Positions 31,527 to 41,517 are shown, counted from the stretch's first letter. The stretch: DNA of 64,000 bases from Sediminibacterium sp. (GCA_036845345.1 DAIUEC010000002.1:746-64745); one strand, 5' to 3'. The notes: a model not told the origin generated them from the sequence alone. Translations and numbers: made by a program.

Positions 31527-33410
31527 ATGAAATTATTTTCAAAAAACTTAAACGCAGAAGCTCAGGAATCAGCTGGTGGTAACACTGTTGATGTAACTGC
31601 GACAACAAAAGCACCTGAAGTAGTTGTAGAAACTGCACATGACGATTTCGACTGGAGCGTTGACAAACGTAATGTTAGTCATTATGCTGAAGCTGAAAGA
31701 GTAAAGTATGATAAAGTGTATGATAACACTTTCGTACAAATCAATGACGGTGAAATCATGAATGGTTTAGTCGTTGCTTTAACTAAAACAGATGTTGTTG
31801 TAAACATTGGTTTTAAAAGTGATGGTCTTGTATCATTGAATGAATTCCGTGACACCAATGGTGTTAAAACTGGTGATACTGTAGAAGTAATGGTAGTAGA
31901 AAAAGAAGACCGTGATGGTAATCTTCACTTAAGCCGTAAGTCTGCTCGTATTTTCCGTGCTTGGGAAAGAATTATGGAAGTACACAAAACTGGTGAAGTT
32001 GTTACTGGTTTAGTTACAAGCAAAACAAAAGGTGGATTGATCGTTGATGTATTTGGTATGGAAACTTTCTTACCAGGTTCTCAAATTGACGTGAAGCCAG
32101 TTACAGACTATGATCAATTCGTAGGAAAAACAATGGAGTTTAAAGTTGTTAAGATTAACGAAACAATTAAGAACGCTGTTGTATCACATAAAGCATTAAT
32201 CGAAAGTGATATCGAAGCACAACGTGCTGAGATCATGAGTAAGTTAGAGAAAGGCCAGGTGTTAGAAGGGGTTGTTAAAAACATCACTGACTTTGGTGCA
32301 TTCATGGACTTAGGTGGATTAGATGGTTTATTATACATCACTGATATTTCTTGGGGTAGAATTTCTCATCCAAGTGAAGTGGTTAAGATGGATCAAAAGA
32401 TTCAAGTTGTTGTATTAGACTTTGATGATGACAAAAAACGTATCAGCTTAGGTTTAAAACAATTAACTCCACACCCATGGGATGTATTACCAGGCGACTT
32501 AGCGGAAGGTAGTGTTGTAAAAGGTAAAGTAGTTAACATCGAGGATTACGGTGCGTTCTTAGAAATTCAACCAGGTGTTGAAGGTTTAGTACACGTTTCT
32601 GAAATCACTTGGGCTAACACACCAATCAACGCTAAAGAATTCTTCAAATTAGGAGATGAGCATGAAGCTAAGGTGGTTACATTAGACAAAGATGCACGTA
32701 AGATGAGCTTGAGCATTAAACAAATGACACAAGATCCTTGGAATGCAATCGAAAATAAATTCCCTGAAAACAGCAAGCACAAAGGTTTAGTGAAAAACAT
32801 CACTCCTTATGGTGTATTTGTTGAATTAGAATCAGGAATTGGTGGAATGATTCACATCAGCGATTTAAGCTGGTTAAAGCGTTTCAATCACCCTTCTGAG
32901 TATGTGAAAGTAGGTGAGTCAATCGACATCATTATCTTGAACATCGACAAAGAAAACAGAAAATTACAATTAGGTCATAAGCAATTAGAAGAAGATCCTT
33001 GGAATCAATTGGAAGAAACTTTTGCAATTGGATCAATTCATGATGGTACTATCGTTCGTAAAGACGATAAAGGTGCGATCGTACAATTGCCTCATGGCTT
33101 AGAAGGTTTTGCTCCTAACCGTCACCTTGCAAAAGAAGATGGCAAGCAAGTTCAAGCGGAAGAAACTGCTCAATTCATGGTGATCGAGTTTGATCGTAAT
33201 GAAAAGAGAATCGTTGTTTCTCATGCAAGAATTTGGGAACAAAATATTGTAGAAGAAAAAGAAGCAGCTAAGAAAGAAGCTAAAGTAGAGTCTGAAAAGA
33301 CTAAGAAAGCGGTTAAGACAATTCAAGCTAAAGTAGAGAAATCAACTTTAGGTGACTTAGGCGCTTTAGCTGAAATCAAGGCTAAATTAGACGAGAACAA
33401 AGAAGGGTAG
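31527..33410 (+). CDS. rpsA: 30S ribosomal protein S1
   Basis: It has six S1 domains with repeated G.V..I..FGAF..L patterns, plus a Lys/Glu-rich tail. Confidence 0.97.
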   Translation: MKLFSKNLNAEAQESAGGNTVDVTATTKAPEVVVETAHDDFDWSVDKRNVSHYAEAERVKYDKVYDNTFVQINDGEIMNGLVVALTKTDVVVNIGFKSDGLVSLNEFRDTNGVKTGDTVEVMVVEKEDRDGNLHLSRKSARIFRAWERIMEVHKTGEVVTGLVTSKTKGGLIVDVFGMETFLPGSQIDVKPVTDYDQFVGKTMEFKVVKINETIKNAVVSHKALIESDIEAQRAEIMSKLEKGQVLEGVVKNITDFGAFMDLGGLDGLLYITDISWGRISHPSEVVKMDQKIQVVVLDFDDDKKRISLGLKQLTPHPWDVLPGDLAEGSVVKGKVVNIEDYGAFLEIQPGVEGLVHVSEITWANTPINAKEFFKLGDEHEAKVVTLDKDARKMSLSIKQMTQDPWNAIENKFPENSKHKGLVKNITPYGVFVELESGIGGMIHISDLSWLKRFNHPSEYVKVGESIDIIILNIDKENRKLQLGHKQLEEDPWNQLEETFAIGSIHDGTIVRKDDKGAIVQLPHGLEGFAPNRHLAKEDGKQVQAEETAQFMVIEFDRNEKRIVVSHARIWEQNIVEEKEAAKKEAKVESEKTKKAVKTIQAKVEKSTLGDLGALAEIKAKLDENKEG

Positions 33411-33436
33411 TTTCTACACCTCTTTTGAATAAAAAA

Positions 33437-33465
33437 AGCCTTCCCGTAACTGGGAGGGCTTTTTT
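33437..33465 (+). terminator. intrinsic terminator after rpsA
   Basis: AGCCTTCCC/GGGAGGGCT forms a stem with a 6-nt loop, followed by a T-run. Confidence 0.8.
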
Positions 33466-33561
33466 GGTCTAAATTATTGGTACTCAGGCTAGTTTTAGTA
33501 ATTTCTTAACGTGAACTCCTTGATTAGCAATCTTTTTCGAGCTAAATTGGGGATTATTAGT

Positions 33562-33569
33562 TAATTTTG
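33562..33569 (+). promoter_or_regulatory. -7 promoter box (TAATTTTG) upstream of bamD
   Basis: It matches TAnnTTTG. Only 9 nt separate it from the ATG at 33579. Confidence 0.5.
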
Positions 33570-33578
33570 CCACCCTGT

Positions 33579-34373
33579 ATGAATAGAATAATTGTAGCCC
33601 TTTTTGTATTAATTAGTTTGGCATCTTGCCATTCAAAATTTCAACAAGTTTTGAAGAATAAGGATGTCGACTTTAAAGTTACAATGGCAGAAAAATACTT
33701 TCAAGCTAAGAAATACAGAAACGCACAACAGCTCTTTGAGAATGTAATGCCTTTTGTAAAAGGAACACCAAGATATGAGGAGTTATATGTAAAGTTTGCA
33801 AACTCATATTACTACGATGGCGATTATGAAAATGCTGAAAACTTATTTAAAACATTTGTTGAGTATTTCCCTAATAGTCCAAAGAGAGAAGAAGTAGAAT
33901 ATTTGAGAGCGTATACTTATTATAAGCGTTCCCCAAAAGCAGAATTAGATCAAACCACTACGAATAAAGCAATCTTAACAATGCAGGCTTTTATCGATGC
34001 ACATCCTACTAGCCCAAGAGTTAAAGAAGCAACAGAAGTGATTGATGCATGTCGTGCTAAATTAGAATTGAAGGATTTTAAAACAGCTACATTGTACTAC
34101 AATCTTGGGTTATACCGTGCTGCTGCTATTTCTTATGGATTATTGTCTGACAATTATCCTGATTCTAAAACTGCCGATAAATATAAAATGTTAACTGTTA
34201 AAGCATACTATAAATTTGCTGAAAATAGTTTTGCAGATAAACAAAAGGAGCGCTATGCAAAAGTAATCGAGGAGTCAAATGACTTCATCGATAGATATAG
34301 CGATAGTCCATTACTTCCTGAAGTAAAAAACTTTAAAAAACAATCTGATAATTTTTTAAACATAAAGAAATGA
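33579..34373 (+). CDS. bamD: outer membrane protein assembly factor BamD (lipoprotein, TPR-like)
   Basis: It has the lipobox LISLASC and a YfiO-like helical repeat pattern. I prefer the ATG at 33579 to the TTG at 33567, which overlaps the -7 box. Confidence 0.85.
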   Translation: MNRIIVALFVLISLASCHSKFQQVLKNKDVDFKVTMAEKYFQAKKYRNAQQLFENVMPFVKGTPRYEELYVKFANSYYYDGDYENAENLFKTFVEYFPNSPKREEVEYLRAYTYYKRSPKAELDQTTTNKAILTMQAFIDAHPTSPRVKEATEVIDACRAKLELKDFKTATLYYNLGLYRAAAISYGLLSDNYPDSKTADKYKMLTVKAYYKFAENSFADKQKERYAKVIEESNDFIDRYSDSPLLPEVKNFKKQSDNFLNIKK

Positions 34374-34714
34374 GTAAACTAAGAAGACACATGGGTGCAA
34401 ACACGCCTGCTGTTGTAGAAACAAAAAGTTTAAAAGCGTTAAAAGCAAAGACTGGTAATTTATATGAGTCTATTTCTATAATTGCTAAGAGAGCAAATCA
34501 AATCAATATCTCTATTAGAGAAGAATTGCACTCTAAATTAGAAGAGTTTGCTAGTCATACAGATAGCTTAGAGGAAATTCACGAGAACAAAGAACAAATT
34601 GAAATCTCTAAAGCATATGAGCGTATGCCAAATCCAGCAATTTTAGCAACTGCTGAATTTATCGATGATAAAATTTATTACAGAAATAACGAGGAGATAG
34701 ATCTTTACCGTTAA
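34370..34714 (+). CDS. rpoZ: DNA-directed RNA polymerase subunit omega (Bacteroidota type)
   Basis: It has NLYESISIIAKRANQIN and SLEEIHENKEQIEISKAYE. The start overlaps the bamD stop (ATGA). Confidence 0.75.
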   Translation: MSKLRRHMGANTPAVVETKSLKALKAKTGNLYESISIIAKRANQINISIREELHSKLEEFASHTDSLEEIHENKEQIEISKAYERMPNPAILATAEFIDDKIYYRNNEEIDLYR

Positions 34715-34731
34715 TTTTAAGAATACGAATC

Positions 34732-34769
34732 AAAACGTCCTGAAATCTTTATGGTGTCAGGACGTTTTT
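34732..34769 (+). terminator. intrinsic terminator after rpoZ
   Basis: AAAACGTCCTGA/TCAGGACGTTTT forms a 12-bp stem with a 13-nt loop, followed by a T-run. Confidence 0.8.
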
Positions 34770-34798
34770 GTATTTTAGGGTACCAATACAAAAGGAAC

Positions 34799-35719
34799 AT
34801 GTTGCGTAAATATTTATTACTATTTATACTTATTATGAATGTAGCAAGGGCTACCTGCCAGGAGCTTTCTGCAACGGTTTCTATACAAAGTAGTAAGGTG
34901 GAGAATCAAGTAGATCCTAAAACTTTTGTTCAATTGCAAACCCAATTGAAAGATTTTTTGAATCAAAGAAAATGGTCCCCTGATGCATTTGGTAATGAAG
35001 AGAAAATTGATTGTAGTTTTTACATAACTATTGAGTCTGTTTTGTCTCCTGGGGTATATGAAGCAAAGTTGAGTGTGGTATCCAATAGGCCAGTATATAA
35101 TTCAAATTATTCAACGCCTATATTGAATATGCAGGATCCTAATTTCACATTTAAATATCAACTAGCGCAGCCTATAGAATTTAATGAAAATAAAGTGCAA
35201 GGAACAGATGCGTTGGAAGCTAATTTGACAGCGACCCTTGCTTATTATGCTTATGTGATTTTGGGACTTGACTATGATTCTTATGCTTTAAAAGCAGGAG
35301 CCCCTTTTTTTGCAAAAGCATTGAATGTGGTTTATAATGCACCCGAAGCTGCTGGTATAAATGGATGGAAATCATATGACGGACAAAGAAACAGATATAT
35401 CCTTATTGATAATTTGACGAAGAGCAGTATGGATAAAATGCATGAGGTAATTTATAGTTATTATAGAGAAGGTTTGGATCAAATGTCAACCAAATTTGTG
35501 CCAGCGCGTACTACTATTTTAAATGCTTTAATTTCGATGCAAGAAGTGCAGGAGGCAAACACCAATACGATGATTGTTCCTATATTACTGCAAGGGAAAT
35601 CCATTGAGCTGATAGGGATATTCGAGAATGCTGACAAGGAAATGAAAAAGCAATTAGTAAGTACCATGTCAGTTATAGACGTAGCTAATTTAAACAAGTA
35701 TAAAGAGAAATTAGAATGA
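34799..35719 (+). CDS. secreted protein, DUF4835-like (family name from memory, unverified)
   Basis: It has a signal peptide (LLLFILIMNVARATCQE). I recall this family occurring near bamD/rpoZ in Bacteroidota. The ORF-track start at 34751 lies in the terminator loop, so I prefer the ATG at 34799. Confidence 0.6.
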   Translation: MLRKYLLLFILIMNVARATCQELSATVSIQSSKVENQVDPKTFVQLQTQLKDFLNQRKWSPDAFGNEEKIDCSFYITIESVLSPGVYEAKLSVVSNRPVYNSNYSTPILNMQDPNFTFKYQLAQPIEFNENKVQGTDALEANLTATLAYYAYVILGLDYDSYALKAGAPFFAKALNVVYNAPEAAGINGWKSYDGQRNRYILIDNLTKSSMDKMHEVIYSYYREGLDQMSTKFVPARTTILNALISMQEVQEANTNTMIVPILLQGKSIELIGIFENADKEMKKQLVSTMSVIDVANLNKYKEKLE

Positions 35720-36075
35720 GGTCCTATTTATCCATATTTATTCTTTTTGTTTTGCTAGTTGCATGTAATAACGAAGCAAAAAATGAACAGCAAATACCAT
35801 TTGAAAAAATGCAGACAGTGGTATGGCAATTACTTAAAGCCGATGAGTTATATGCAAGAAAATCGGTAGCCGATTCAACATGGAAAGCAAGCAAAAAGAA
35901 CGTAGTATTTTACCAACAAATATTTGACCTGAATAAAATTGACAGAACTCAATTTTACAAGCAAATGGAAAACTTAAAAGCACATCCGGTTGAGTTTAAA
36001 ACGCTGATGGATTCGGTTGAGTCGCTTTCGAAAAGGGAAAAAAATAAAACGATTCCTACTGTAAAAAGTTTATAG
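35716..36075 (+). CDS. small lipoprotein, function unknown
   Basis: It has the lipobox LLVACNN. The start overlaps the upstream stop (ATGA). Confidence 0.6.
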   Translation: MRSYLSIFILFVLLVACNNEAKNEQQIPFEKMQTVVWQLLKADELYARKSVADSTWKASKKNVVFYQQIFDLNKIDRTQFYKQMENLKAHPVEFKTLMDSVESLSKREKNKTIPTVKSL

Positions 36076-36090
36076 GTGCCTAAACAATTT

Positions 36091-36098
36091 TAAATTTG
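36091..36098 (+). promoter_or_regulatory. -7 promoter box (TAAATTTG) upstream of the peroxiredoxin gene
   Basis: It matches TAnnTTTG and lies 32 nt upstream of the ATG. Confidence 0.45.
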
Positions 36099-36130
36099 AA
36101 TATTGAATAATAAAAAATAAAAAACCCTAT

Positions 36131-36604
36131 ATGAGCAATTTAATTGGCCAACCAGCCCCAGCATTTACGCTGTTTGATACAGACAAAAAAGCAACTTCAT
36201 TAGCAGACTTTAAAGGTCAAAATGTGGTAGTATTGTTTTTTCCTTTAGCCTTTACAGGTGTTTGTACAGCTGAGCTATGTAATATTAGAGACAATATCGG
36301 AATTTACAATAATGCGAATGCACAAATATTGGGTATTTCAGTAGATTCTTTATTTACTTTAGGTAAATTTAAAGATGAGCAAAAATTGAATTTCCCTTTA
36401 TTAAGTGATTTTAATAAAGCAGCTTCAAAATCATTTGATGTATTGTATGAAACCTTCCCTGCATTTGAGATGCAAGGTGTAAGCAAGCGTTCTTCGTTTG
36501 TGATTGATAAAGAAGGAGTAGTTCAATACGAGGAAGTTTGTGCAACTCCAGGTGATTTGCCAAATTTTGAAGCAATTCAAAATGTGTTGAATACATTAAA
36601 CTGA
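36131..36604 (+). CDS. peroxiredoxin (AhpC/TSA-Bcp-like)
   Basis: It has PAPAFTL and FFPLAFTGVCTAELC with the peroxidatic cysteine. Confidence 0.9.
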   Translation: MSNLIGQPAPAFTLFDTDKKATSLADFKGQNVVVLFFPLAFTGVCTAELCNIRDNIGIYNNANAQILGISVDSLFTLGKFKDEQKLNFPLLSDFNKAASKSFDVLYETFPAFEMQGVSKRSSFVIDKEGVVQYEEVCATPGDLPNFEAIQNVLNTLN

Positions 36605-36623
36605 AATGTCAAGTCGTGCTAAT

Positions 36624-36657
36624 AAAAAAAAGGCTCCAATTGTTTGGAGCCTTTTTT
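36624..36657. terminator. bidirectional intrinsic terminator between the peroxiredoxin gene and rlmI
   Basis: AGGCTCCAA/TTGGAGCCT forms a stem flanked by an A8 run and a T6 run. Confidence 0.85.
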
Positions 36658-36666
36658 ATTGGAAGT

Positions 36667-37842
36667 TTATTTGTCGCAAACTTCAACGATCAAGAACTTT
36701 AAGTAGTGTGTGTTTTCCATGCCCCAAATAATAGGGTGGTCGCTTGATTGAGATTGATAAGTTACTTGTCTTATTCTTTTCTTTGCATCACGTGCAGCCA
36801 TTTCGATAGTGTCTAAAAATAATTCAGGACTCACTAGATTCGTACAGCTTGAGCTTACTAAAAATCCGCCATTGCGTATTAATTGCATACCGCGTAAATT
36901 AATTTCTTTATACCCTGTAACGGCTTTATCAATATTATTTCTACTCTTAGTAAACGCTGGTGGATCCAACATTACCACATCATACTTACGTCCTTCTCTT
37001 CCCCAATTTTTTAATACATCAAAGGCATTCATTGCTTCGAACTTAACGATATGATCCAATTTATTTAATGCTGCATTTTTATTGGCTTGCTCAACTGCAC
37101 CTTCCGAAATATCAATTCCTAAAACCGATTTAGCACCGTAGTATGCAGCATGAATTTCAAAAGTACCAGTATAAGTAAAGGCACCTAAAACATCGGCTCC
37201 TTTTACAATATTTTGAATCGATCTACGATTGTCTTGTTGGTCTAAAAAATATCCAGTCTTTTGTCCGTTCTCAATATTTACATAAAATTGTAAATCATTT
37301 TCATTGATAATAATTTCTGTAGGGAAGGGCTCTGTTAAAAATCCTTTTTGCTGTTGAAGTCCTTCTAATTCTCTAACAGGAACATCATTGCGTTCATAAA
37401 TTCCCTTTGGATTAAAAATACTTTTCAATGCATCTACAATGGCATCTTTCCAAACTTCAATTCCATAGGATAAGGTTTGCATTACAAAATAGTCATTGAA
37501 TTTATCAATGATTAATGCGGGTAATCCATCTGCTTCACCAAATACGAGTCTACAATTTTCAGTATATCCTAAATGCTTTCTATAATCCCATGCCGCTAGA
37601 ATTTTTTGATGAAAAAAAGCTGCAGTAATATCTTCTCTTTTACGGGTTAATAGACGAATGATAATTTGAGAAGCCGGATTTATATATCCTCGACCCGCTA
37701 ATTGGCCATCAAAAAAATACACTTCTACAATATCTCCTGGAGCTACTGGGCCCGCAATACGGTCCACTTCATTATTGTAAATCCAAGGGTGTCCAAGGGC
37801 AATTCTTTGGTTAATTTTCCTATTTAAATACACTTTTGTCAT
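36667..37842 (-). CDS. rlmI: class I SAM-dependent rRNA methyltransferase, RlmI-like (PUA plus MTase)
   Basis: It has GHPWIYNNEV at the N-terminus, a GxFTYTG SAM motif and DPPAF. Confidence 0.85.
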   Translation of the reverse strand: MTKVYLNRKINQRIALGHPWIYNNEVDRIAGPVAPGDIVEVYFFDGQLAGRGYINPASQIIIRLLTRKREDITAAFFHQKILAAWDYRKHLGYTENCRLVFGEADGLPALIIDKFNDYFVMQTLSYGIEVWKDAIVDALKSIFNPKGIYERNDVPVRELEGLQQQKGFLTEPFPTEIIINENDLQFYVNIENGQKTGYFLDQQDNRRSIQNIVKGADVLGAFTYTGTFEIHAAYYGAKSVLGIDISEGAVEQANKNAALNKLDHIVKFEAMNAFDVLKNWGREGRKYDVVMLDPPAFTKSRNNIDKAVTGYKEINLRGMQLIRNGGFLVSSSCTNLVSPELFLDTIEMAARDAKKRIRQVTYQSQSSDHPIIWGMENTHYLKFLIVEVCDK

Positions 37843-37846
37843 GGCA

Positions 37847-37854
37847 CAAAGATA
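37847..37854 (-). promoter_or_regulatory. -7 promoter box (TATCTTTG on the minus strand), 4 nt upstream of the rlmI ATG
   Basis: The minus strand reads TATCTTTGTGCCATG. The spacing implies a leaderless or near-leaderless mRNA. Confidence 0.5.
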
Positions 37855-37904
37855 GGCAGGGAATGACTGACAACTTGTTCATTTTTAACCTAAATAGTGT
37901 CAAT

Positions 37905-37936
37905 TTTGCTCTTTTAGCCCTTTGGCAATATATTTG
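37905..37936 (+). promoter_or_regulatory. grpE promoter: -33 TTTG (37905-37908) and -7 TATATTTG (37929-37936)
   Basis: Both elements are present with a 20-nt spacer. The promoter lies 27 nt upstream of the ATG. Confidence 0.6.
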
Positions 37937-37963
37937 CTCGCAATAGAGTACAATTAGACAATT

Positions 37964-38503
37964 ATGGAAGAAAAAGATAATGTTCAACCCAATTCAGCTG
38001 AACAAGTAGAAAATAGCCCAGAAAATGCCCCTGTAGTCGAAAATGAGCCTTTGAGCGAGTTAGATCAAGCAAAGGCAGATTTGGCAGAGCAAAAGGATAA
38101 ATACTTGCGTTTAATGGCTGAATTTGACAATTATAAGCGCAGAACTGCTAAGGAAAGAATGGACTTGATTCAAACTGCCGGTAAGGACGTAATTGTTTCC
38201 TTATTAGATGTTTTAGACGATTGTGATCGTGCTGAAAAACAATTAGGCATCTCTGATGATATCGCTGTTCAAAAGGAAGGTATCCAACTAGTATTTAATA
38301 AAATTCGTTCCACAATGCAAGCCAAAGGTTTAGCGGCGATGGAGAGTATTGGAAAAGATTTTGATGCTGAATTACATGAAGCAATTACTGAAGTTCCAGT
38401 GCCTGATGATAAGTTAAAAGGAAAAGTAATTGACGAGGTAACGAAAGGTTATTTATTGAATGAAAAAATTATTCGTTTTGCCAAAGTAGTTGTAGGCAAA
38501 TAA
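37964..38503 (+). CDS. grpE: nucleotide exchange factor GrpE
   Basis: It has [14 protein letters not shown] and sits next to dnaJ. Confidence 0.97.
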   Translation: MEEKDNVQPNSAEQVENSPENAPVVENEPLSELDQAKADLAEQKDKYLRLMAEFDNYKRRTAKERMDLIQTAGKDVIVSLLDVLDDCDRAEKQLGISDDIAVQKEGIQLVFNKIRSTMQAKGLAAMESIGKDFDAELHEAITEVPVPDDKLKGKVIDEVTKGYLLNEKIIRFAKVVVGK

Positions 38504-38513
38504 AAATAAGCAT

Positions 38514-39683
38514 ATGTCTAAAAGAGATTATTACGAAATATTAGGAGTAAGCAAATCAGCTACTGCGGACGAAATTAAAAAAGCGTATCGTAAAGTAGCG
38601 ATGCAATTTCATCCTGATAGAAATCCGGGTGATAAAGCTGCTGAAGAAAAATTTAAGGAAGCGGCAGAAGCTTATGAAATATTAAGTGATAATGATAAGA
38701 AGGCAAAGTATGATCGTTTTGGTCATCAAGCTTTTGGTCCTGGCACTGGTGGCGGTGGAGGAGGTTTCCATGGAGGCATGGATATGAATGATATTTTTAG
38801 TCAGTTTGGTGATATTTTTGGAGACGAGGGATTTGGTGGATTCTTTGGTGGTGGCGGAAGATCACGTGGAGGTGGAGCAAGAGCAAGAGGCCAAAGAGGA
38901 AGTAATTTGAGAATTAAATTAAAATTAAACTTCGAAGAAATAGCGAATGGAGTTACTAAGCAAGTAAAAGTTAAAAAGCATGTGCTTTGTACAACCTGCG
39001 GTGGTAATGGTGCAAAGGATAAAAATAGTTTACAAACTTGTACAACCTGTAATGGACAAGGACAGGTAAGAAAAGTAACCAATACTTTTTTAGGACAAAT
39101 GCAAACTGTAAACACTTGTCATACTTGTAATGGTGAGGGTACTACAGTGACTGCAAAGTGTACAGCATGTAAAGGGGAAGGTCGCGTTTATGGTGAAGAA
39201 ACTATTTCTATAGATATACCAGCCGGTGTGCAAGATGGAATGCAATTAAGCATGTCTGGTAAAGGCAATGCTGGTGAGCGCGGAGGCATGTCGGGTGATT
39301 TAATTATTATGATTGAGGAAGAAGCACATGAAGCCCTACATAGAGATGGGTTGAATGTAGCTTATGATTTATACATTACCATTCCTGATGCTATTTTTGG
39401 AACAAGTGTGGAAGTGCCAACCATTGATGGTCGTGCAAAAATTAAAATTCCTGCAGGAACACAAAGTGGTAAAATATTCCGATTAAAAGGAAAAGGTTTT
39501 CCAGAAGTACAGGGCTATGCAAAAGGAGATCAATTAATACATGTGAATGTTTGGACGCCACAACATATTAGTGATGAAGAAAAAGCAGCTTTGGAAAAAA
39601 TGCAAGAAAGTGAAAACTTTAAACCAAAGCCTGTAAAAGGAGAGAAGAGTTTTTACGATCGAGTGAAAGAAGCGTTCAAGTAG
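38514..39683 (+). CDS. dnaJ: molecular chaperone DnaJ
   Basis: It has a J domain with HPD, a G/F-rich region and four CxxCxGxG zinc-finger motifs. Confidence 0.99.
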   Translation: MSKRDYYEILGVSKSATADEIKKAYRKVAMQFHPDRNPGDKAAEEKFKEAAEAYEILSDNDKKAKYDRFGHQAFGPGTGGGGGGFHGGMDMNDIFSQFGDIFGDEGFGGFFGGGGRSRGGGARARGQRGSNLRIKLKLNFEEIANGVTKQVKVKKHVLCTTCGGNGAKDKNSLQTCTTCNGQGQVRKVTNTFLGQMQTVNTCHTCNGEGTTVTAKCTACKGEGRVYGEETISIDIPAGVQDGMQLSMSGKGNAGERGGMSGDLIIMIEEEAHEALHRDGLNVAYDLYITIPDAIFGTSVEVPTIDGRAKIKIPAGTQSGKIFRLKGKGFPEVQGYAKGDQLIHVNVWTPQHISDEEKAALEKMQESENFKPKPVKGEKSFYDRVKEAFK

Positions 39684-39690
39684 AGCCAAA

Positions 39691-39728
39691 ATAAAAGAGG
39701 AGCTAAATTCTATTAGCTCCTCTTTTAT
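39691..39728. terminator. bidirectional terminator between dnaJ and hpt
   Basis: AAAAGAGGAGCTAA/TTAGCTCCTCTTTT forms a 14-bp perfect stem with a 6-nt loop. Confidence 0.85.
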
Positions 39729-39729
39729 T

Positions 39730-40266
39730 TCATGCTTTTAACTGGTAGATTGCTTTGGTGTTTCTACCAAGACCATCATAATCTAAGCCGTAGCCCACAA
39801 CAAATTTATTAGGAATATCAAAACAAGCGTAGTCTACTTTTACTGGATAGGCTAATGCTTCAGTTTTATTAAGAAGCACTGCAATTTTAATAGATGCTGG
39901 GCTGCTTGACTCCAATTGAGGTAGGAAATGATGTAATGTTTTTCCAGTATCAATTATGTCCTCCACAATAATAATATCACGTCCACTCACATTGGCGTCT
40001 AATCCAATAGCAGTAATCACATTGCCTGAAGAAGTAGTTCCTTTGTAGGAAGCCAATTTGATAAAACATACTTCAGCTTCAATAGTGATTTGTTTAAAAA
40101 GGTCGGCTGTAAATAAAAAAGAGCCATTTAATATTGATAAAAATATAGGTCGTTTTCCAGCATACTCTTTGTTTAATTGTTGTGCTAATTCACTTATTTT
40201 TTCTTGAATCAATTCTTCACTTAAATAAGGTTCAAATTCTTTATCTAAAACTTTAATATTGGACAT
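39730..40266 (-). CDS. hpt: hypoxanthine phosphoribosyltransferase
   Basis: It has the PRPP-binding motif IIIVEDIIDTGKT. Confidence 0.95.
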   Translation of the reverse strand: MSNIKVLDKEFEPYLSEELIQEKISELAQQLNKEYAGKRPIFLSILNGSFLFTADLFKQITIEAEVCFIKLASYKGTTSSGNVITAIGLDANVSGRDIIIVEDIIDTGKTLHHFLPQLESSSPASIKIAVLLNKTEALAYPVKVDYACFDIPNKFVVGYGLDYDGLGRNTKAIYQLKA

Positions 40267-40283
40267 GTATTTATATTTAAAAG

Positions 40284-41516
40284 TTAGTTGTTTTTATTTT
40301 TTAAAAAGGGAAGACTCAGCAAGCTCTTTGACTTTTGTTTTGTATCCAATACTTTAATGGTATCTTTTGTTAGCGTTGGTATTGCACTATTTACCATATT
40401 GAATAAATAAACTATAGTTCCATTCTTTAATTTTTCGTCATTTAATTTTAGATTGTATAGTTTGATTACACTAAGTTGTATTCCTTCTTCCTGGCTAATT
40501 TCATAAAGTGTTTCCTCATTTTTCACAATATGAATTTTATTACTACTCTCTTTTCTTTTTTCTCCTAAAAATATTAGCTGATCGTTTTCAATTAAATCAG
40601 TTTCAGTCAATTCGTTAAACTTGTAAAGCTTGTACAAGGATATATTGTAGGTATTGGCGATCTCTAAAAACGATCTGCCCTTTACGCCCCAAATAGCTGT
40701 GGTTTGGTTTATTTTAAATCTTTGATTCAAAGGATATGCTGGAGCAAGTTTTTTAGTTTCAACCGTATCCTTTTTAGCTATTGGTAAAGGCTGTTGTGGT
40801 TTAGGCTGCTCTTTAATGATAGGTTTTGGAATAGTGTCAAGTTCTTTTTTTACAACAAGGGTATCTTTTGTAGGTGTTGGTTTAACCTTTCTAATAACGG
40901 TATCAGCAGTTGTAATAATTGGCTTTGCAACTGGAATAGTATCTTTTTTTAGGGCTACAATTGGGTTGGTTTTTTGGGGTTGATTCGCTAATATACTGTC
41001 CTCTGCTACTAACTCTGGATAATTGTATTGCGCTAATTCATAGTCGTCAATTATTTTTAAAAGCCTTTGCGGATAATCTCTTTCTGTAGCATATCCTGCT
41101 TTTTTTAAACCATAAGCCCATGCAGTATCATCAACAGGATCTAACTCAAATAAGCTTGCATAATAAGGTCTATTCTTTAAAAAGTTAGAGTGATCTCGAT
41201 AGGAACTATCAGCATTGGGGTACACCCTAAAACATTCGTTTTTAGTATCATCGTTTTGGTAGGTTTTTGGCCCTGTCCACTCTGTTTTACATTTAATACC
41301 AAAGTGATTGTTGAATTGCTTAGCCAAATTGCTTTCACCACTAGCAGATTCTAAAATACCCTGTGCAAGGGTAATGGAAGCCGGTATGCCCGTTCTTTTC
41401 ATTTCTCTAATAGCGATGCCTTTGTATTTTTCAACATAGTCTTTTGTGACTATATTTTGAGCCAAACTCAATAAAGGCAGCATCATAATTAAAAGTATAG
41501 TGCTAAATATTTTCAT
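40284..41516 (-). CDS. secreted N-acetylglucosaminidase (GH73-like) with C-terminal LysM repeats
   Basis: It has a signal peptide, ITLAQGILESASG and FGIKC, a Pro/Lys-rich linker and two LysM-like segments. Confidence 0.85.
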   Translation of the reverse strand: MKIFSTILLIMMLPLLSLAQNIVTKDYVEKYKGIAIREMKRTGIPASITLAQGILESASGESNLAKQFNNHFGIKCKTEWTGPKTYQNDDTKNECFRVYPNADSSYRDHSNFLKNRPYYASLFELDPVDDTAWAYGLKKAGYATERDYPQRLLKIIDDYELAQYNYPELVAEDSILANQPQKTNPIVALKKDTIPVAKPIITTADTVIRKVKPTPTKDTLVVKKELDTIPKPIIKEQPKPQQPLPIAKKDTVETKKLAPAYPLNQRFKINQTTAIWGVKGRSFLEIANTYNISLYKLYKFNELTETDLIENDQLIFLGEKRKESSNKIHIVKNEETLYEISQEEGIQLSVIKLYNLKLNDEKLKNGTIVYLFNMVNSAIPTLTKDTIKVLDTKQKSKSLLSLPFLKNKNN

Positions 41517-41517
41517 G

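Noticed and set aside
34751-34798. The ORF-track start at 34751 for the DUF4835-like gene.
   Set aside because: That ATG lies in the loop of the rpoZ terminator hairpin (34732-34769). The downstream ATG at 34799 gives a canonical signal peptide.
37843-37963. I searched for a CIRCE/HrcA operator or a sigma-32-type promoter upstream of grpE-dnaJ.
   Set aside because: No TTAGCACTC-N9-GAGTGCTAA-like inverted repeat is present. Only the standard -33/-7 elements are there.
38801-39115. A minus-strand 104-aa Pro-rich ORF lies inside dnaJ.
   Set aside because: It is the antisense reading of the Gly-rich and zinc-finger coding region of dnaJ.
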